Shown: positions 1 through 10,510, numbered from the stretch's first letter. The stretch is DNA of 64,000 bases from Deinococcus sp. (GCA_965261005.1 OZ253375.1:768001-832000); one strand, 5' to 3'. Translations and numbers: made by a program. Notes: a model not told the origin generated them from the letters alone.

Positions 1-551
1 CACGGGTCGAGGTCAGCCTCGACCTCGACACACCCTCGACCGACCAAGCGTTGCGGACGGGGCACGGCTTTTTCGACCACATGCTGGAACAACTGCGGCG
101 CCATGGCAGACTGGGACTTGGGATAGTCGCCGAGGGCGATCTGCACGTCGAGGTGCATCACCTCGCCGAGGACGTGGGCATCACGCTAGGACAGGCCATC
201 TCCGGGGCGCTGGGAAACCGCGCCGGCATCGAGCGCTACGGCAGCGCCTTCGTGCCGATGGACGAGACGCTGGCGCAGGTGGTGCTCGACCTTTCCGGCC
301 GCGCCCACTTGGCCTACTCGCCCGAGCAGCTGGACGTGTGGGGCGACGCCGGGGGCTTCACGCACTACCATCTGCGCGAGTTTCTGCGCGGCTTTTGCAA
401 CCACGCGGGGGCCACCCTGCACGTGCGGCTTTTGGCCGGCCGCGAGGCCCATCACGTGATCGAGGCGGTCTTCAAGGCCTTTGCACGCGCGCTGCGCGAC
501 GCCGTCCGCGTGAGCGGCGGGGACGTGCCCAGCACCAAGGGGACTTTATGA
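1..551 (+). CDS. hisB: Imidazoleglycerol-phosphate dehydratase (5' end outside the window)
   Basis: TGHGFFDHML, HHLAEDVGI, PMDETL, AHHVIEAVFKA and PSTKGTL motifs; the frame is open back to the window start. Confidence 0.95.
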   Translation, partial: RVEVSLDLDTPSTDQALRTGHGFFDHMLEQLRRHGRLGLGIVAEGDLHVEVHHLAEDVGITLGQAISGALGNRAGIERYGSAFVPMDETLAQVVLDLSGRAHLAYSPEQLDVWGDAGGFTHYHLREFLRGFCNHAGATLHVRLLAGREAHHVIEAVFKAFARALRDAVRVSGGDVPSTKGTL

Positions 552-1171
552 GCCGCACCCTGCTGATCGACTACGGCGCCGGCAACGTCCGCAGCGTACA
601 CAAGGCTTTGCTGCGCGCCGGGCTGGACGTGGAGGTGTCCGGGGACCCAAGCCGGGTGGACGGGGCCGCCGCCCTGGTGGTGCCGGGTCAGGGGCACTTC
701 CGGCAGGTCCTGGAAGCCTTTCGGGCGTCGGGCTTCGAGGAACCGCTGCGGGGGGCCGTGGCGGCCGGCGTACCGCTGCTGGGCATCTGCGTGGGCATGC
801 AGATGCTGTACGAAGGGTCCGAGGAGGCGCCGGACACGCCGGGCCTGGGCCTGTTCGCGGGCACGGTGCGCCGCTTCGCCGGGAACGGCCTAAGCGTGCC
901 GCAGATGGGCTGGAACTCGATTGACCGGGTGGGCGACTCCCCCATTTTGCGGGACGTGGCCTGCCCCGCCTACGTCTACTTCGCCAACTCCTACTACGTG
1001 CCCCTGGACGCCGAGGCGGACGACGGCGCCATCGCCGAGTACGGGGCGCCGTACTGGGCCGCCGTGTCGCGCGGCCACGTCCACGCCACCCAGTTCCACC
1101 CCGAAAAGAGCGGGCCGGTGGGCCTGAACATTCTGGAAGGGTTTCGGCGACACGTGGTGGGGGCGGAATAA
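548..1171 (+). CDS. hisH: Imidazole glycerol phosphate synthase, glutaminase subunit
   Basis: IDYGAGNVRSV, LGICVGMQ and QFHPEKS motifs; ATG overlaps the hisB stop (ATGA). Confidence 0.95.
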   Translation: MSRTLLIDYGAGNVRSVHKALLRAGLDVEVSGDPSRVDGAAALVVPGQGHFRQVLEAFRASGFEEPLRGAVAAGVPLLGICVGMQMLYEGSEEAPDTPGLGLFAGTVRRFAGNGLSVPQMGWNSIDRVGDSPILRDVACPAYVYFANSYYVPLDAEADDGAIAEYGAPYWAAVSRGHVHATQFHPEKSGPVGLNILEGFRRHVVGAE

Positions 1172-1216
1172 AAGGCCAGCTTCAAAATTCTAGTCACGGA
1201 CGTCTATACTGTGACC

Positions 1217-1465
1217 ATGAGTGTGCAAAAAGTGTACGAAGTCAAGATGACGGACCAGGGCCGCATCGTCGTGCCCCAGAAGTTACGGCGTGAGCTGAAC
1301 CTCGACACGAGCGCGGCGTTCGTGATGTACCGGGACGGCGACCGCGTCGTTCTGGAGCGCCGTGGAGAGGCCCGTGCCCGGCTCGCCAACCTGGCCGCGA
1401 AGTTGCCCGGAACAGACGCCTTTCTCGCCGAGCGCCGCGCCGAGGCGAGACGCGAGCAGGAGTGA
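1217..1465 (+). CDS. AbrB/MazE/SpoVT-family antitoxin
   Basis: VKMTDQGRIVVPQKLRRELNL motif; TATACT 6 nt before ATG 1217; stop overlaps the PIN gene start (GTGA). Confidence 0.85.
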   Translation: MSVQKVYEVKMTDQGRIVVPQKLRRELNLDTSAAFVMYRDGDRVVLERRGEARARLANLAAKLPGTDAFLAERRAEARREQE

Positions 1466-1848
1466 GCGTCGTGCTCGACGCCAGCGCCGTGATCGCCTGG
1501 CTCAAAGAGGAGGTAGGCGGCGAGCGGGTGGAGGCTGTCCTAAAACGTGGAGACGCCATTATTTCGAGCGTCAACCTGGCCGAGGTGCTGGCCCGCTTTA
1601 GCGATTTTGGCGCCGAGCCGGAAGGTGTCGCGCGTGACTTGGAGATCGAGGGCCTCAACATCGAGCCGTTTGGTTCGCAGGACGCCGCCTTGAGCGCTGC
1701 ATTGCGCGCCCGCACCCGCAGCGCCGGCCTTTCCCTGGGCGACCGGGCTTGCCTGGCACTGGCCCAACGGCTCGGCGCGCCGGCCCTGACCGCTGACCGC
1801 GCTTGGAGCGCGTTGAATGTCGGCGTTCAGGTGGAGTTGCTGCGGTAG
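1462..1848 (+). CDS. vapC: PIN-domain VapC toxin
   Basis: VLDASAVIA, SSVNLAEV, LSLGDRACLALA and LTADRAW motifs. Confidence 0.9.
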   Translation: MSVVLDASAVIAWLKEEVGGERVEAVLKRGDAIISSVNLAEVLARFSDFGAEPEGVARDLEIEGLNIEPFGSQDAALSAALRARTRSAGLSLGDRACLALAQRLGAPALTADRAWSALNVGVQVELLR

Positions 1849-1866
1849 TCTCGGGTTGAACGCGGG

Positions 1867-3492
1867 CTACACCCGCACCAAGTAGGCCGACTCGATCAGG
1901 TCCAAGGCGCGAATCTCTTCGAGCTGCTCGCCCGTCAGGGCGTCGTCGAGGGTCAGGGTAAACAGGGCCTCGCCGCCCTTTTCGGCGCGGCCGAGGGACA
2001 TGCCGGCGATGTTGACGCCCCAGCGGCCCAGCAAGCTCGACAGCTGGGCCACCGCCCCCGGCCGGTCCTGGTTGGATAGGATCAGGATGTATCCCTCCGG
2101 CTCGACCTCCACCCGGAAGTGGCGCAAGCGGGTCAGGCGCGGCAGCTTGCCGAAGACCGTGCCGCCCACCGTGCGGGTGCGGCCCGCTTGGGAAGCGATC
2201 AAGAGGATTTCGCTTTGGTACGGCCCGGCCGCCTCGCGCTCGCGGGTGGAGACCCGCAGGCCGCGCTCGCGCGCGAGGGCGCGGGCGTTGATCAGATTGG
2301 GAAGTTCGTCGGTCACGCCGCTCAGGTAGCCGATCAGGGCGCTGGTGACCACGCTGGTTGTGAGCGGCGCGGCGTCCCCCGGCAGCGGACCGCGAAACTC
2401 CACCTCCAATTCCGAGGCGCCCGGCAGCAGTTGGCCCACGATCTTGCCCAGCTTCCCCGCCAGGTCCAGGTGCGGCCCCAGCAGCTCGCGCGTTCCTGCG
2501 TCCAGCGCCGGGGCGTTCACGGCGCCCCTGGACACGTCGCCTCGCAGGGCGGCCAACACGCGGTCCACGATCTCGGCGCCGACCCGTTCCTGGGCCTCGC
2601 GGGTGTTGGCGCCGAGGTGGGCGGTGATGGAGAGGTTGGGCGCCTTGAGAAGGGGGTGGTCCGGCGCGGGCGGCTCCTCCACGAACACGTCGAGGCCCGC
2701 CGCGAACAGGTGGCCGCTGCTGAGCGCCTGCGCCAGCGCCGCCTCCTCCACGATGCCGCCGCGCGCCGCGTTCACCACGATGGCGCCGGGGCGCAGCAGG
2801 GCCAACTCGCGCGCGCCGATCATGCCGAGCGTCTCGTCGGTCAGGGGGGTGTGGACCGTCACGGCGTCCACCTGAGCGAGCAGATCGTCCAGCGTCGCCG
2901 CGCGCCGCACATCCAGCCGGGTAAAATTCCCCTCGGCGATGTAGGGATCAAAGGCGACCACGTTCATTCTGAGGCCCTGCGCCCGCGCCGCCACGATGGA
3001 GCCGATGCGGCCCAGGCCCACAATGCCGAGGGTCTTGTCCTTGAGTTCCAGGCCCAAGAACTTGCGGTCCCACCTGCCCGCGCGGGTCAGGGCGTCGCTG
3101 CGCGTGAGGCCGCGGGCCGCCGCCATCAGGTGCGCCACCGCCAGCTCGGCCGCCGAGACGTTGTTGGACTCGGGCGCGTTCAGAATCAGCACGCCGCGCC
3201 GCGAGGCCGCCTCAAGGTCGATGTTGTCCACGCCCACCCCGCCGCGCCCGACCACCCGCAACGCCGGCCCGGCAGAGAGCAGCTCGGCGTCCACCTTGGT
3301 GCGCGACCGCGTGATCAGGGCGTCGTACTCTCCCAAGCGGGCCAGCACTTCTTCGCGCGGCATGTTGGGCACGTAGTCGATGGCGAAGCCGGCGTGGTCG
3401 AGGTCGCCGAGGGTCATCTCGTCGCAGATCAGGACGCGAAAGGGCGCGGGCGGGGCTTGGGGGTTGACGTCGGCTTGGGTCGCGGCGCTCAT
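1867..3492 (-). CDS. serA: D-3-phosphoglycerate dehydrogenase (ASB + ACT domains)
   Basis: GRGGVGVDNID, GLGRIG, VNAARGG and AHLGANT motifs; C-terminal ACT domain (DRPG...NIAGM). Confidence 0.93.
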   Translation of the reverse strand: MSAATQADVNPQAPPAPFRVLICDEMTLGDLDHAGFAIDYVPNMPREEVLARLGEYDALITRSRTKVDAELLSAGPALRVVGRGGVGVDNIDLEAASRRGVLILNAPESNNVSAAELAVAHLMAAARGLTRSDALTRAGRWDRKFLGLELKDKTLGIVGLGRIGSIVAARAQGLRMNVVAFDPYIAEGNFTRLDVRRAATLDDLLAQVDAVTVHTPLTDETLGMIGARELALLRPGAIVVNAARGGIVEEAALAQALSSGHLFAAGLDVFVEEPPAPDHPLLKAPNLSITAHLGANTREAQERVGAEIVDRVLAALRGDVSRGAVNAPALDAGTRELLGPHLDLAGKLGKIVGQLLPGASELEVEFRGPLPGDAAPLTTSVVTSALIGYLSGVTDELPNLINARALARERGLRVSTREREAAGPYQSEILLIASQAGRTRTVGGTVFGKLPRLTRLRHFRVEVEPEGYILILSNQDRPGAVAQLSSLLGRWGVNIAGMSLGRAEKGGEALFTLTLDDALTGEQLEEIRALDLIESAYLVRV

Positions 3493-3535
3493 GGGGCCAT
3501 TTAACCCCATTTGTGGGGAAAAGCCACCCAGAGGG

Positions 3536-4132
3536 TTAGGCAAATCCGGCCCGGACCTTCAGCGCGCCCCTCAGCAGCCGGGCATACTCGCGCTCTCCCA
3601 CCTGGTAGGTCCCGAAGCGCGCCAAGTGGGGATTCTGGATTTGCGCGTCGAACAGGACGAAGCCGCGCGCCCGCAGATGGTCCACCAATTTCACCAGCGC
3701 CACCTTGCTGGCGTCGGTAACCGCGTGAAACATGCTCTCGCCGACGAAAGCGCCGCCCAGGGTCAGGCCCAGCACCCCGCCGGCGAGCTGCCCGTCCTGC
3801 CACGTCTCAAAGCTGTGGGCGTGGCCGGCCGCGTGCAGCGCCAAGTAGATGGCGCGCAGCTCGGGACTGATCCAAGTCTCTTGGCGCGCCGCGCAACCGT
3901 CCACCACGCCCGCAAAATTGGCGTTCCGTCGCAGCTCGAACTTCGGGTAGGCCCGCGAAAGAGACTTCGGCGCGTGAAAGCGTTCGTCCAGCGGCACCAA
4001 GGCGCGCACCCGCGAGGTGTACCAGCCCAGGCCGCGCCCGTTGTCCATCAAAAAGGCGCCGGCCGCGTAGCCCGCCAGGATCTCAGGAAGCAGCATCTCG
4101 GGAACCGGAAGCTCGGGCACGCCGGACTTCAC
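3536..4132 (-). CDS. aat: Leucyl/phenylalanyl-tRNA--protein transferase
   Basis: ETWIS, AHSFETW, FVGESMF and DASKVAL motifs. Confidence 0.92.
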   Translation of the reverse strand: MKSGVPELPVPEMLLPEILAGYAAGAFLMDNGRGLGWYTSRVRALVPLDERFHAPKSLSRAYPKFELRRNANFAGVVDGCAARQETWISPELRAIYLALHAAGHAHSFETWQDGQLAGGVLGLTLGGAFVGESMFHAVTDASKVALVKLVDHLRARGFVLFDAQIQNPHLARFGTYQVGEREYARLLRGALKVRAGFA

Positions 4133-5154
4133 GGCAGCAGCTTGTTATAGAACTCTTTCGGGTCCACCGCCTCGCCGCGCAGGCGCAGCTCCAGGTGAAG
4201 GTGCGGCCCGTTCGACAGGCCGGTGGTGCCCACCAAGCCGATCTTCTGGCCGCGCGTCACCTTGTCGCCCGCCTTCACCAGCAGTTTGGATTGGTGCATG
4301 TACAGGCTGACCACGCCCGCGCCGTGGTCGATCATGACCAGGCCGCCGCGCACGGGATACTGGCCGGCGACCACCACCGTGCCGTCGTTGACGGCCAGCA
4401 CCGGCGTGCCGACCGCAAAGGGGTAGTCGATGCCGTAGTGGTACGCGAGCGGCTCCCCCGAGGTGTAGTGGCGGGTCTGTCCAAAGGCGGTCGAGATCAC
4501 CCTCACCCCGCTGACGCCCAGAAAGGGACGGGTCCAAGCCTGGGCGGTGCGGCGGGCGTAGGCGCGCTCGACCAGGGCCTCCTCCTGGGCGCGCGCCGGG
4601 GCCTGGCGCTTGCCCGCGATGGCGGGGGGAAGATTCAGGTTCTGCACCGGCAGCTTGAGGCCCACCACGGGGACGCTGCCCCGCAGCACCTCGTCCCCGA
4701 CGCGCACCTCGTAGGTCAGCGGCCTCTTTTGGCCCAGCACCACCCGGCCCAGCACCACGTAGCTGTCCGCCGCGCCGAAGGGCGCCAAGTCCTCGGCGGG
4801 GGAGCGCACGTCCTCGCCCGTCTCGGACAGAAAGCGCACGCGCGCCAAGGCCGCCCCCACGCCGCTCAGGCGCAGGCTGAAGGCGTCTCCCTCGCGCAGC
4901 AAGCTCGGCAGCTGCACGCGCACGCCGCCCACCTCCTGGGCGCGCGCCTCGCTGGGCAGGGTGAGCGTCTGGCCCACCGCCAGGTCGCTGCCGGCAAGGT
5001 TATTGAGCTTGATCAGGTCGGCCACCGTCACGCCCTCCTTTTGGGCGAGGCCGTAAAGCGTGTCGCCGGGCTGCACGGTGTAGGCGAGCGCCGGACGGAG
5101 GGGTGCGGCGAGCAGGGCGAGCGACAGGCAGAAAAGGCGGGCGCGGCGCGTCAT
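4129..5154 (-). CDS. Secreted LysM + M23 peptidase
   Basis: Signal peptide, LysM (YTVQPGDTLYGLA), HYGIDY, YMHQS and GPHLHLE motifs. Confidence 0.9.
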   Translation of the reverse strand: MTRRARLFCLSLALLAAPLRPALAYTVQPGDTLYGLAQKEGVTVADLIKLNNLAGSDLAVGQTLTLPSEARAQEVGGVRVQLPSLLREGDAFSLRLSGVGAALARVRFLSETGEDVRSPAEDLAPFGAADSYVVLGRVVLGQKRPLTYEVRVGDEVLRGSVPVVGLKLPVQNLNLPPAIAGKRQAPARAQEEALVERAYARRTAQAWTRPFLGVSGVRVISTAFGQTRHYTSGEPLAYHYGIDYPFAVGTPVLAVNDGTVVVAGQYPVRGGLVMIDHGAGVVSLYMHQSKLLVKAGDKVTRGQKIGLVGTTGLSNGPHLHLELRLRGEAVDPKEFYNKLLP

Positions 5155-5278
5155 GAGCCTGAGTGTAGCTTAGGTGTACAGCTTGGGTTCCCAGGCTCCG
5201 AATTCTCAGGCTGACGAGCTGACGTCGGGCCAGGAGAGGGGTGCCGCCGGGAAGAAGCTCAAAAGCTATACTCCTCCC

Positions 5279-5500
5279 ATGACCTCCTCTTCCCTCTCCG
5301 ACCGTCAGGCCCGGCGGCGCGACGTGCAGCGCGCCGTGGACAAGGCCGTGGAGCAGCAGCGAACCGCCACGCTGATCGCCGTCGTTCTCGGGATCGTCGC
5401 CGGGGTGGCGACCGCGACCGGCGTCGCGGTGTGGGTCTTGGGCCGCGCCCGCCGCCCCGTGCTGATCACCGACGACCCGGAAGCGCCGCTGTTCGTGTGA
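5279..5500 (+). CDS. Small single-TM hypothetical protein
   Basis: TATACT 6 nt upstream, one hydrophobic helix, TGATG coupling to the next gene. Confidence 0.65.
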   Translation: MTSSSLSDRQARRRDVQRAVDKAVEQQRTATLIAVVLGIVAGVATATGVAVWVLGRARRPVLITDDPEAPLFV

Positions 5501-6300
5501 TGGCCACTTTTTTTCGGGAAAACCTCTTACAGGGCCAGCACGCCCTGATCACCGGCGGCGGCAGCGGCATCAACCTGGGCATCGCCCAGGGGTTCGCCGC
5601 CCACGGCTGCGCCGTCACGCTGCTGGGGCGCAATTTGGAAAAGGCGAGTGGGGCGGCCGAGGGGATCATTGCTGAAGGTGGGCAGGCCCTCGGCGTGTCG
5701 GCCGACGTGCGCGACTTCGCGGCCATGCAGGCGGCAGTGCAGCAAGGGGTGGACGCGCACGGTCCCCTGGATATCGTGGTCTGCGGGGCAGCGGGCAACT
5801 TTCCGGCCCCGGTGGACGGTATCTCGCCGAACGGGTTTAAGAGCGTGGTGGACATCGACTTGCTGGGCACCTTTCACACCGTCAAGGCCGGCGCGCCCCA
5901 CCTGCGGCTGCCGGGGGCGAGCATCCTGGCCATCTCGGCCTACGGGATGCCGGTCCCCATGCAGGCGCACGTGGTCGCCGCCAAGGCGGGCGTGGACGCC
6001 CTGGTGAGGGTGCTGGCCGTCGAGTGGGGAGAACGCGGCGTGCGGGTCAACGCCATCATCCCCGGCCCCATTGACGGCACCGAGGGCATGCGCCGCTTAG
6101 CCCCGACGGGGGCAGCGCGCGAGGCGGTCGCGCGGGGCATTCCGCTGGGCCGCATGGGTGAAACCGGCGACGTCGCCAACTTGGCGCTCTTTCTGGTCTC
6201 GGGCGCGGCCGGCTTTATCACCGGCGCGGTCATTCCCTGCGACGGCGGCAGCCAACTGATGGGCGCGGGCGTGACGGCGCAGGCGTTCACGGCGCAGTAA
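5500..6300 (+). CDS. SDR oxidoreductase (2,4-dienoyl-CoA reductase-like)
   Basis: [22 protein letters not shown] and PGPI motifs. Confidence 0.88.
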   Translation: MATFFRENLLQGQHALITGGGSGINLGIAQGFAAHGCAVTLLGRNLEKASGAAEGIIAEGGQALGVSADVRDFAAMQAAVQQGVDAHGPLDIVVCGAAGNFPAPVDGISPNGFKSVVDIDLLGTFHTVKAGAPHLRLPGASILAISAYGMPVPMQAHVVAAKAGVDALVRVLAVEWGERGVRVNAIIPGPIDGTEGMRRLAPTGAAREAVARGIPLGRMGETGDVANLALFLVSGAAGFITGAVIPCDGGSQLMGAGVTAQAFTAQ

Positions 6301-6350
6301 TTCAAGACTTCACCGACGTCCGGGCGCTATAAGCTGGCCCCCATGCCCCC

Positions 6351-8738
6351 ATGCCCCCACGCCTGACCGACTTCACGACCGACCAAACCCTGCTGCACGC
6401 CTGGGGCGCCAGCGACGCCCTGGAAGTCTCCATTCCGCACGAGGGCGTCTTGCGCGTCCGCCACGCGCCCGGCGCGCGGCTGCTGTCGCTCACGTATCCG
6501 CGTTTGCCCGAAAAGCGCTCGTTCGCGGTGGTGGGCGGCGAGTCGCAAGCGCTCACGGTGACGCGCCAGGACGACGTGTTGCGTATTTCAGGCGGCGGGC
6601 TGCGGCTGGATCTGAGCTTGACGGACGGGCTGTGGCAAGCCTACGACGCGGACGGGCACAGCCTCGCGCGGGCGACCGAGGTGCGCGCCGACCCGGCCAG
6701 TTTGCGGCGGAGGACCGGCTTCAGCTTACACGCTCCTCCGGGGGCGGCCTACCTGGGCTTCGGCGAGAAGGTGGGCGGTTTTGATAAGCGCGGGCTGCGC
6801 TTCACCTTTTGGAACACCGACCACTTTCCGCACCACACCGACTCGGACCCGCTCTACGCCTCGGTTCCCTTTTGCACGGTGCTGGACGGCGGGCGCGCGG
6901 CGGGGCTGTTTCTCGACGAGACGTGGCGCACCGAGGTGGACGTGGCGAACCTCGACCCGGAAACGCTGTCGTGGTCGAGCGCCGGGCCGGAGCTGGACCT
7001 CTACCTGATCGCCGGCCCCGGCCCGGCGGACGTGCTGCGGCGCTACACCGACCTGACCGGGCGCACGCCCCTGCCGCCGCTGTGGTCCCTGGGCTACGTG
7101 CAGTCGCGCTGGGGCTACGAAAACGAGGACGACGTGCGCGCCGTGATCGGGGGCTTCCGGTCGCGCGACCTGCCGCTCGACGCCATCTGCGTGGACATCG
7201 ACTACATGGACGCCTACAAGGTCTTCACCTGGGACCCGCAGCGCTTTCCCGACCCGGCCGGCCTGATGGCGGAGGCGGCGGAACGCGGCGTCCAACTGGT
7301 CCCGATCATAGACCCCGGCGTGAAGGTGGAAAGCGGCTACCCCGTCTACGAGGAGGCCGAGCGCGAAGGGTACCTGGTCCGCAACTCGCGCGGCAGCACC
7401 CTGGTCGGCGAGGTGTGGCCGAGGCCGGCGGTCTTTCCCGACTTCACCCGGCCGGAGGTGGTGAATTGGTGGGCGGGGCACTTCTCGGCCTTTGCCGCCG
7501 CCGGCGTCCACGGCGTTTGGAACGATATGAACGAGCCGAGCTGCTTCACGGTCCTCAACGTCGAGAGCGACCTCGGCGAGGTCGAGCGCAGCGTCGGCGC
7601 CATCGAGGGCAAGACGCTGCCTTACGACGCCCGCCACGGCAAGAGGCGCCACTTGGAGGTCCACAACGCCTACAACCTGGGCATGAACGAGGCGGCGCGG
7701 CTGGGCTTTTTGCGCGCCCACCCCAACAGGCGCCCCTTTTTAATCAGCCGCTCTGGCTTCGCGGGCCTTCAGCGCTACGGCGCCCTGTGGACCGGCGACA
7801 ACACCAGCGCTTGGTCCCACCTGCGCCTCTCGGTTCCCATGCTGCTGGGGCTGGGGCTGTCGGGCCTGGCCCACTGCGGCGCGGACGTGGGCGGCTTTCT
7901 GGGCGACGCGAACGGCGAGCTGCTGGCGCGCTGGACGCAGCTGGGGGCGTTTTACGCCTTTATGCGCAACCACTCGGCGGCCGGCACCCGCGACCAAGAG
8001 CCGTGGCGCTTTGGCGAGGAGGTGCTGAACGCGGCGCGCGGCGCCATCCAGATGCGCTACCGCCTGCTGCCCACGCTGTACACGCTGATGTGGGAAGCGG
8101 GCAGAAGCGGCCTGCCCCCCATGCGCCCGCTGGCGCTGCATTACCCCCAGGACGCGGACGCCCTGCGCGAGGACGGCGTCTTTTTGTTCGGCGAGGATGT
8201 ATTGGTCGCGCCCGTGCTGGGAAGTGGGGCGCAAAAGCGGCTCGCCTACCTGCCCCAAGGGCACTGGCTGGAACTGTTCAACCTGCCGCTCAATGTGGCG
8301 GTGGCCGGGCAAATTCACGAGGGCGGGCAGTCCGTGGTGGCGCACGCCGACTTGGGCACCGTGCCGGTCTACCTGCGCGCCGGGGGCGCCGTCGCCCTGA
8401 CGGACAGCGCGCCGCATACCGGGGAGGCCAACTGGCCGGTTCTCACGTGGCACGTCCACGCCGCCGATCAGGTCACGGGCACGCTCTACGAGGACGCGGG
8501 TGACGGATACGGCCCCGCCCGCGTGACGAAGTTGCGCGGCGAGCAGGAGGGTGGAACGTTGCGCCTGACGCGCGAGGTGACGGGCGACCTGCCCGCCGGG
8601 CGGGATACGGAGACCTTGTTTGTTTATGGTCTGGAGGGAACAGAAAGCGTCTCAGGCGCAACCTCCTGGGCCTTTCAGGGCGGCGCGCTGCGGCTGGAGG
8701 TAGCGGCCGATTGGCGTGACATCGAGATTGTGAGCTGA
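6351..8738 (+). CDS. GH31 alpha-glucosidase
   Basis: WNDMNEPS nucleophile motif, WTGDN, ADVGGF and FMRNH. Confidence 0.93.
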   Translation: MPPRLTDFTTDQTLLHAWGASDALEVSIPHEGVLRVRHAPGARLLSLTYPRLPEKRSFAVVGGESQALTVTRQDDVLRISGGGLRLDLSLTDGLWQAYDADGHSLARATEVRADPASLRRRTGFSLHAPPGAAYLGFGEKVGGFDKRGLRFTFWNTDHFPHHTDSDPLYASVPFCTVLDGGRAAGLFLDETWRTEVDVANLDPETLSWSSAGPELDLYLIAGPGPADVLRRYTDLTGRTPLPPLWSLGYVQSRWGYENEDDVRAVIGGFRSRDLPLDAICVDIDYMDAYKVFTWDPQRFPDPAGLMAEAAERGVQLVPIIDPGVKVESGYPVYEEAEREGYLVRNSRGSTLVGEVWPRPAVFPDFTRPEVVNWWAGHFSAFAAAGVHGVWNDMNEPSCFTVLNVESDLGEVERSVGAIEGKTLPYDARHGKRRHLEVHNAYNLGMNEAARLGFLRAHPNRRPFLISRSGFAGLQRYGALWTGDNTSAWSHLRLSVPMLLGLGLSGLAHCGADVGGFLGDANGELLARWTQLGAFYAFMRNHSAAGTRDQEPWRFGEEVLNAARGAIQMRYRLLPTLYTLMWEAGRSGLPPMRPLALHYPQDADALREDGVFLFGEDVLVAPVLGSGAQKRLAYLPQGHWLELFNLPLNVAVAGQIHEGGQSVVAHADLGTVPVYLRAGGAVALTDSAPHTGEANWPVLTWHVHAADQVTGTLYEDAGDGYGPARVTKLRGEQEGGTLRLTREVTGDLPAGRDTETLFVYGLEGTESVSGATSWAFQGGALRLEVAADWRDIEIVS

Positions 8739-8755
8739 GTTTGAAGGAGGGCTTC

Positions 8756-9955
8756 ATGCGGCGGTACCTTGAAGGGGTGACCGCCACGTTCGATGCACCC
8801 GCCCGCTTTGTCACAGCGGCCTTTGACGCCTTGTCCGCCAACGTGGCGATTTTGGACGAGGACGGCGTGATCGTGGCGGTGAACCGCGCTTGGCGCACCT
8901 TTGCTCGGGAAAACGGCGCCCACGCCAACGGCGGCGACGACACCGGGCAGAACTACCTGGCGGTGTGCGAGGCGACGACCGGGCCGGACGGCGAGTACGC
9001 GCGCGGCATCGCGACTGGCATTCGCGCGGTGCTGGCCGGCCGCGAACAGCTGTTCGAGCTGGAGTATCCCTGCCACGCGCCGCACGAGCCGCGCTACTTC
9101 CTGGCGCGCGTCACCGCCTTTGTCCAAGACGGCGGGCGCTTCGCGGTGGTCGCGCACGAAAACGTCACCCGCCGCAAGCTGGCCGAGCTGGAGTTGCAAA
9201 AGCTCAACCGCACCCTGGAGGCCCACGTCGCGGCGCGCACGGCCGAACTCGCCGCCAAAAATACCGAGTTGGAAGCGTCCAACCGCGAACTCGCCCAGTT
9301 CGCCTACGTCGCCTCGCACGATCTGCAAGAGCCGTTGCGCACGGTGGGCAGCTTCGCCGACCTGCTGCGGCGGCGCTACACGGGGCAGCTCGACGACCAG
9401 GCCGACGTGTACCTGAACCACATCGGCGAGGGGGTCGGGCGCATGCGGCGCCTGATTCACGATCTGCTCTCGCTGGCGCGGGTGGACGGCGAACCGCTGC
9501 ACGGCGACCTCGACGTGGGGGCGCTGTTTCAGGAGATGTGCCTGGACATGCCAGCCCTGCGCGGCGCCCGGGTGGAGCTTTTGCCCGCGCCGCCCGCCCA
9601 CGCCAACCGCGCCCAAGTCGCCCAAGTGCTGATCAACCTGCTGGGCAACGCGGCCAAATTCCGCTCGGAAGAGCCGCTGCACGTCTCGTTTGGGGGCTGG
9701 TGCGAGGGCGAGATGGCGCACTACGTCCTGCGCGACAACGGCATCGGCATCGCGCCCGAACACCTGGAGCGCATCTTCGGCATGTTCCAGCGGCTGCACG
9801 GCCGCGCCCGCTTCGACGGCAACGGCATCGGCCTGGCCATCTGCCAAAAGATCGTCGAGCGCCACGGCGGCCGAATCTGGGCCGAATCCGGGGGGGTCGA
9901 ATCCGGAGAGGCTGGGGGCAGCGCCTTTCACTTCACGCTGCCCGCCGCCCACTGA
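8756..9955 (+). CDS. PAS-domain sensor histidine kinase
   Basis: AAGGAGG RBS; PAS domain; SHDLQEPLR H-box; DNGIGI and GIGLAIC G-boxes. Confidence 0.9.
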   Translation: MRRYLEGVTATFDAPARFVTAAFDALSANVAILDEDGVIVAVNRAWRTFARENGAHANGGDDTGQNYLAVCEATTGPDGEYARGIATGIRAVLAGREQLFELEYPCHAPHEPRYFLARVTAFVQDGGRFAVVAHENVTRRKLAELELQKLNRTLEAHVAARTAELAAKNTELEASNRELAQFAYVASHDLQEPLRTVGSFADLLRRRYTGQLDDQADVYLNHIGEGVGRMRRLIHDLLSLARVDGEPLHGDLDVGALFQEMCLDMPALRGARVELLPAPPAHANRAQVAQVLINLLGNAAKFRSEEPLHVSFGGWCEGEMAHYVLRDNGIGIAPEHLERIFGMFQRLHGRARFDGNGIGLAICQKIVERHGGRIWAESGGVESGEAGGSAFHFTLPAAH

Positions 9956-10051
9956 CCCGCCCGTCCTTGCCCGCCGCCCGCTGACCCGCCCACTACATAT
10001 GTGTAAGCTCTTTTCCGTTCGTTCACGGCCGCGCGGTTACAATGTCGCGAT

Positions 10052-10510
10052 ATGCGCCGCAGCCAACCCATCGAAATCCTCTTGGTCGAGGACAACCCCG
10101 GCGACGTGCTTCTCACGCGCGAAGCCTTTCAGGAAGCCAGCATTCGCAACAACTTGTCGGTCGCCGAGGACGGCGAACAGGCGCTGCGCTTTTTGAAGCG
10201 CGAAGGCGAGTACGCGGGCGCCCCGCGCCCGGACATTATCTTGCTCGACCTCAACATGCCGCGCATGAGCGGCCACGAGATGCTGAACGTCCTCAAGCAG
10301 GACCGTGAGTTGCGCGCCATTCCGGTGGTGATTCTGACCACCAGCGACCATGAGCAGGACATCATCCGCTCGTACGAGCAGTACGCCAACTGCTACATCT
10401 GCAAGCCCACCGGCTTTGAAGACTTCTTTTCGGTGGTGCGCTCGGTGGAGAACTTCTGGCTGAACACCGCGCAGCTGCCGCCGCATACGGAACGGGCGCG
10501 CGAAGGGTAA
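10052..10510 (+). CDS. Single-domain response regulator (Rcp1-like)
   Basis: ILLVEDNPGD, LLDLNMP, ILTTS and NCYICKP motifs. Confidence 0.92.
   Translation: MRRSQPIEILLVEDNPGDVLLTREAFQEASIRNNLSVAEDGEQALRFLKREGEYAGAPRPDIILLDLNMPRMSGHEMLNVLKQDRELRAIPVVILTTSDHEQDIIRSYEQYANCYICKPTGFEDFFSVVRSVENFWLNTAQLPPHTERAREG

Noticed and set aside
8756..10510. Bacteriophytochrome system
   Set aside because: The kinase core and regulator are Cph1/Rcp1-like, but there is no GAF-PHY chromophore module
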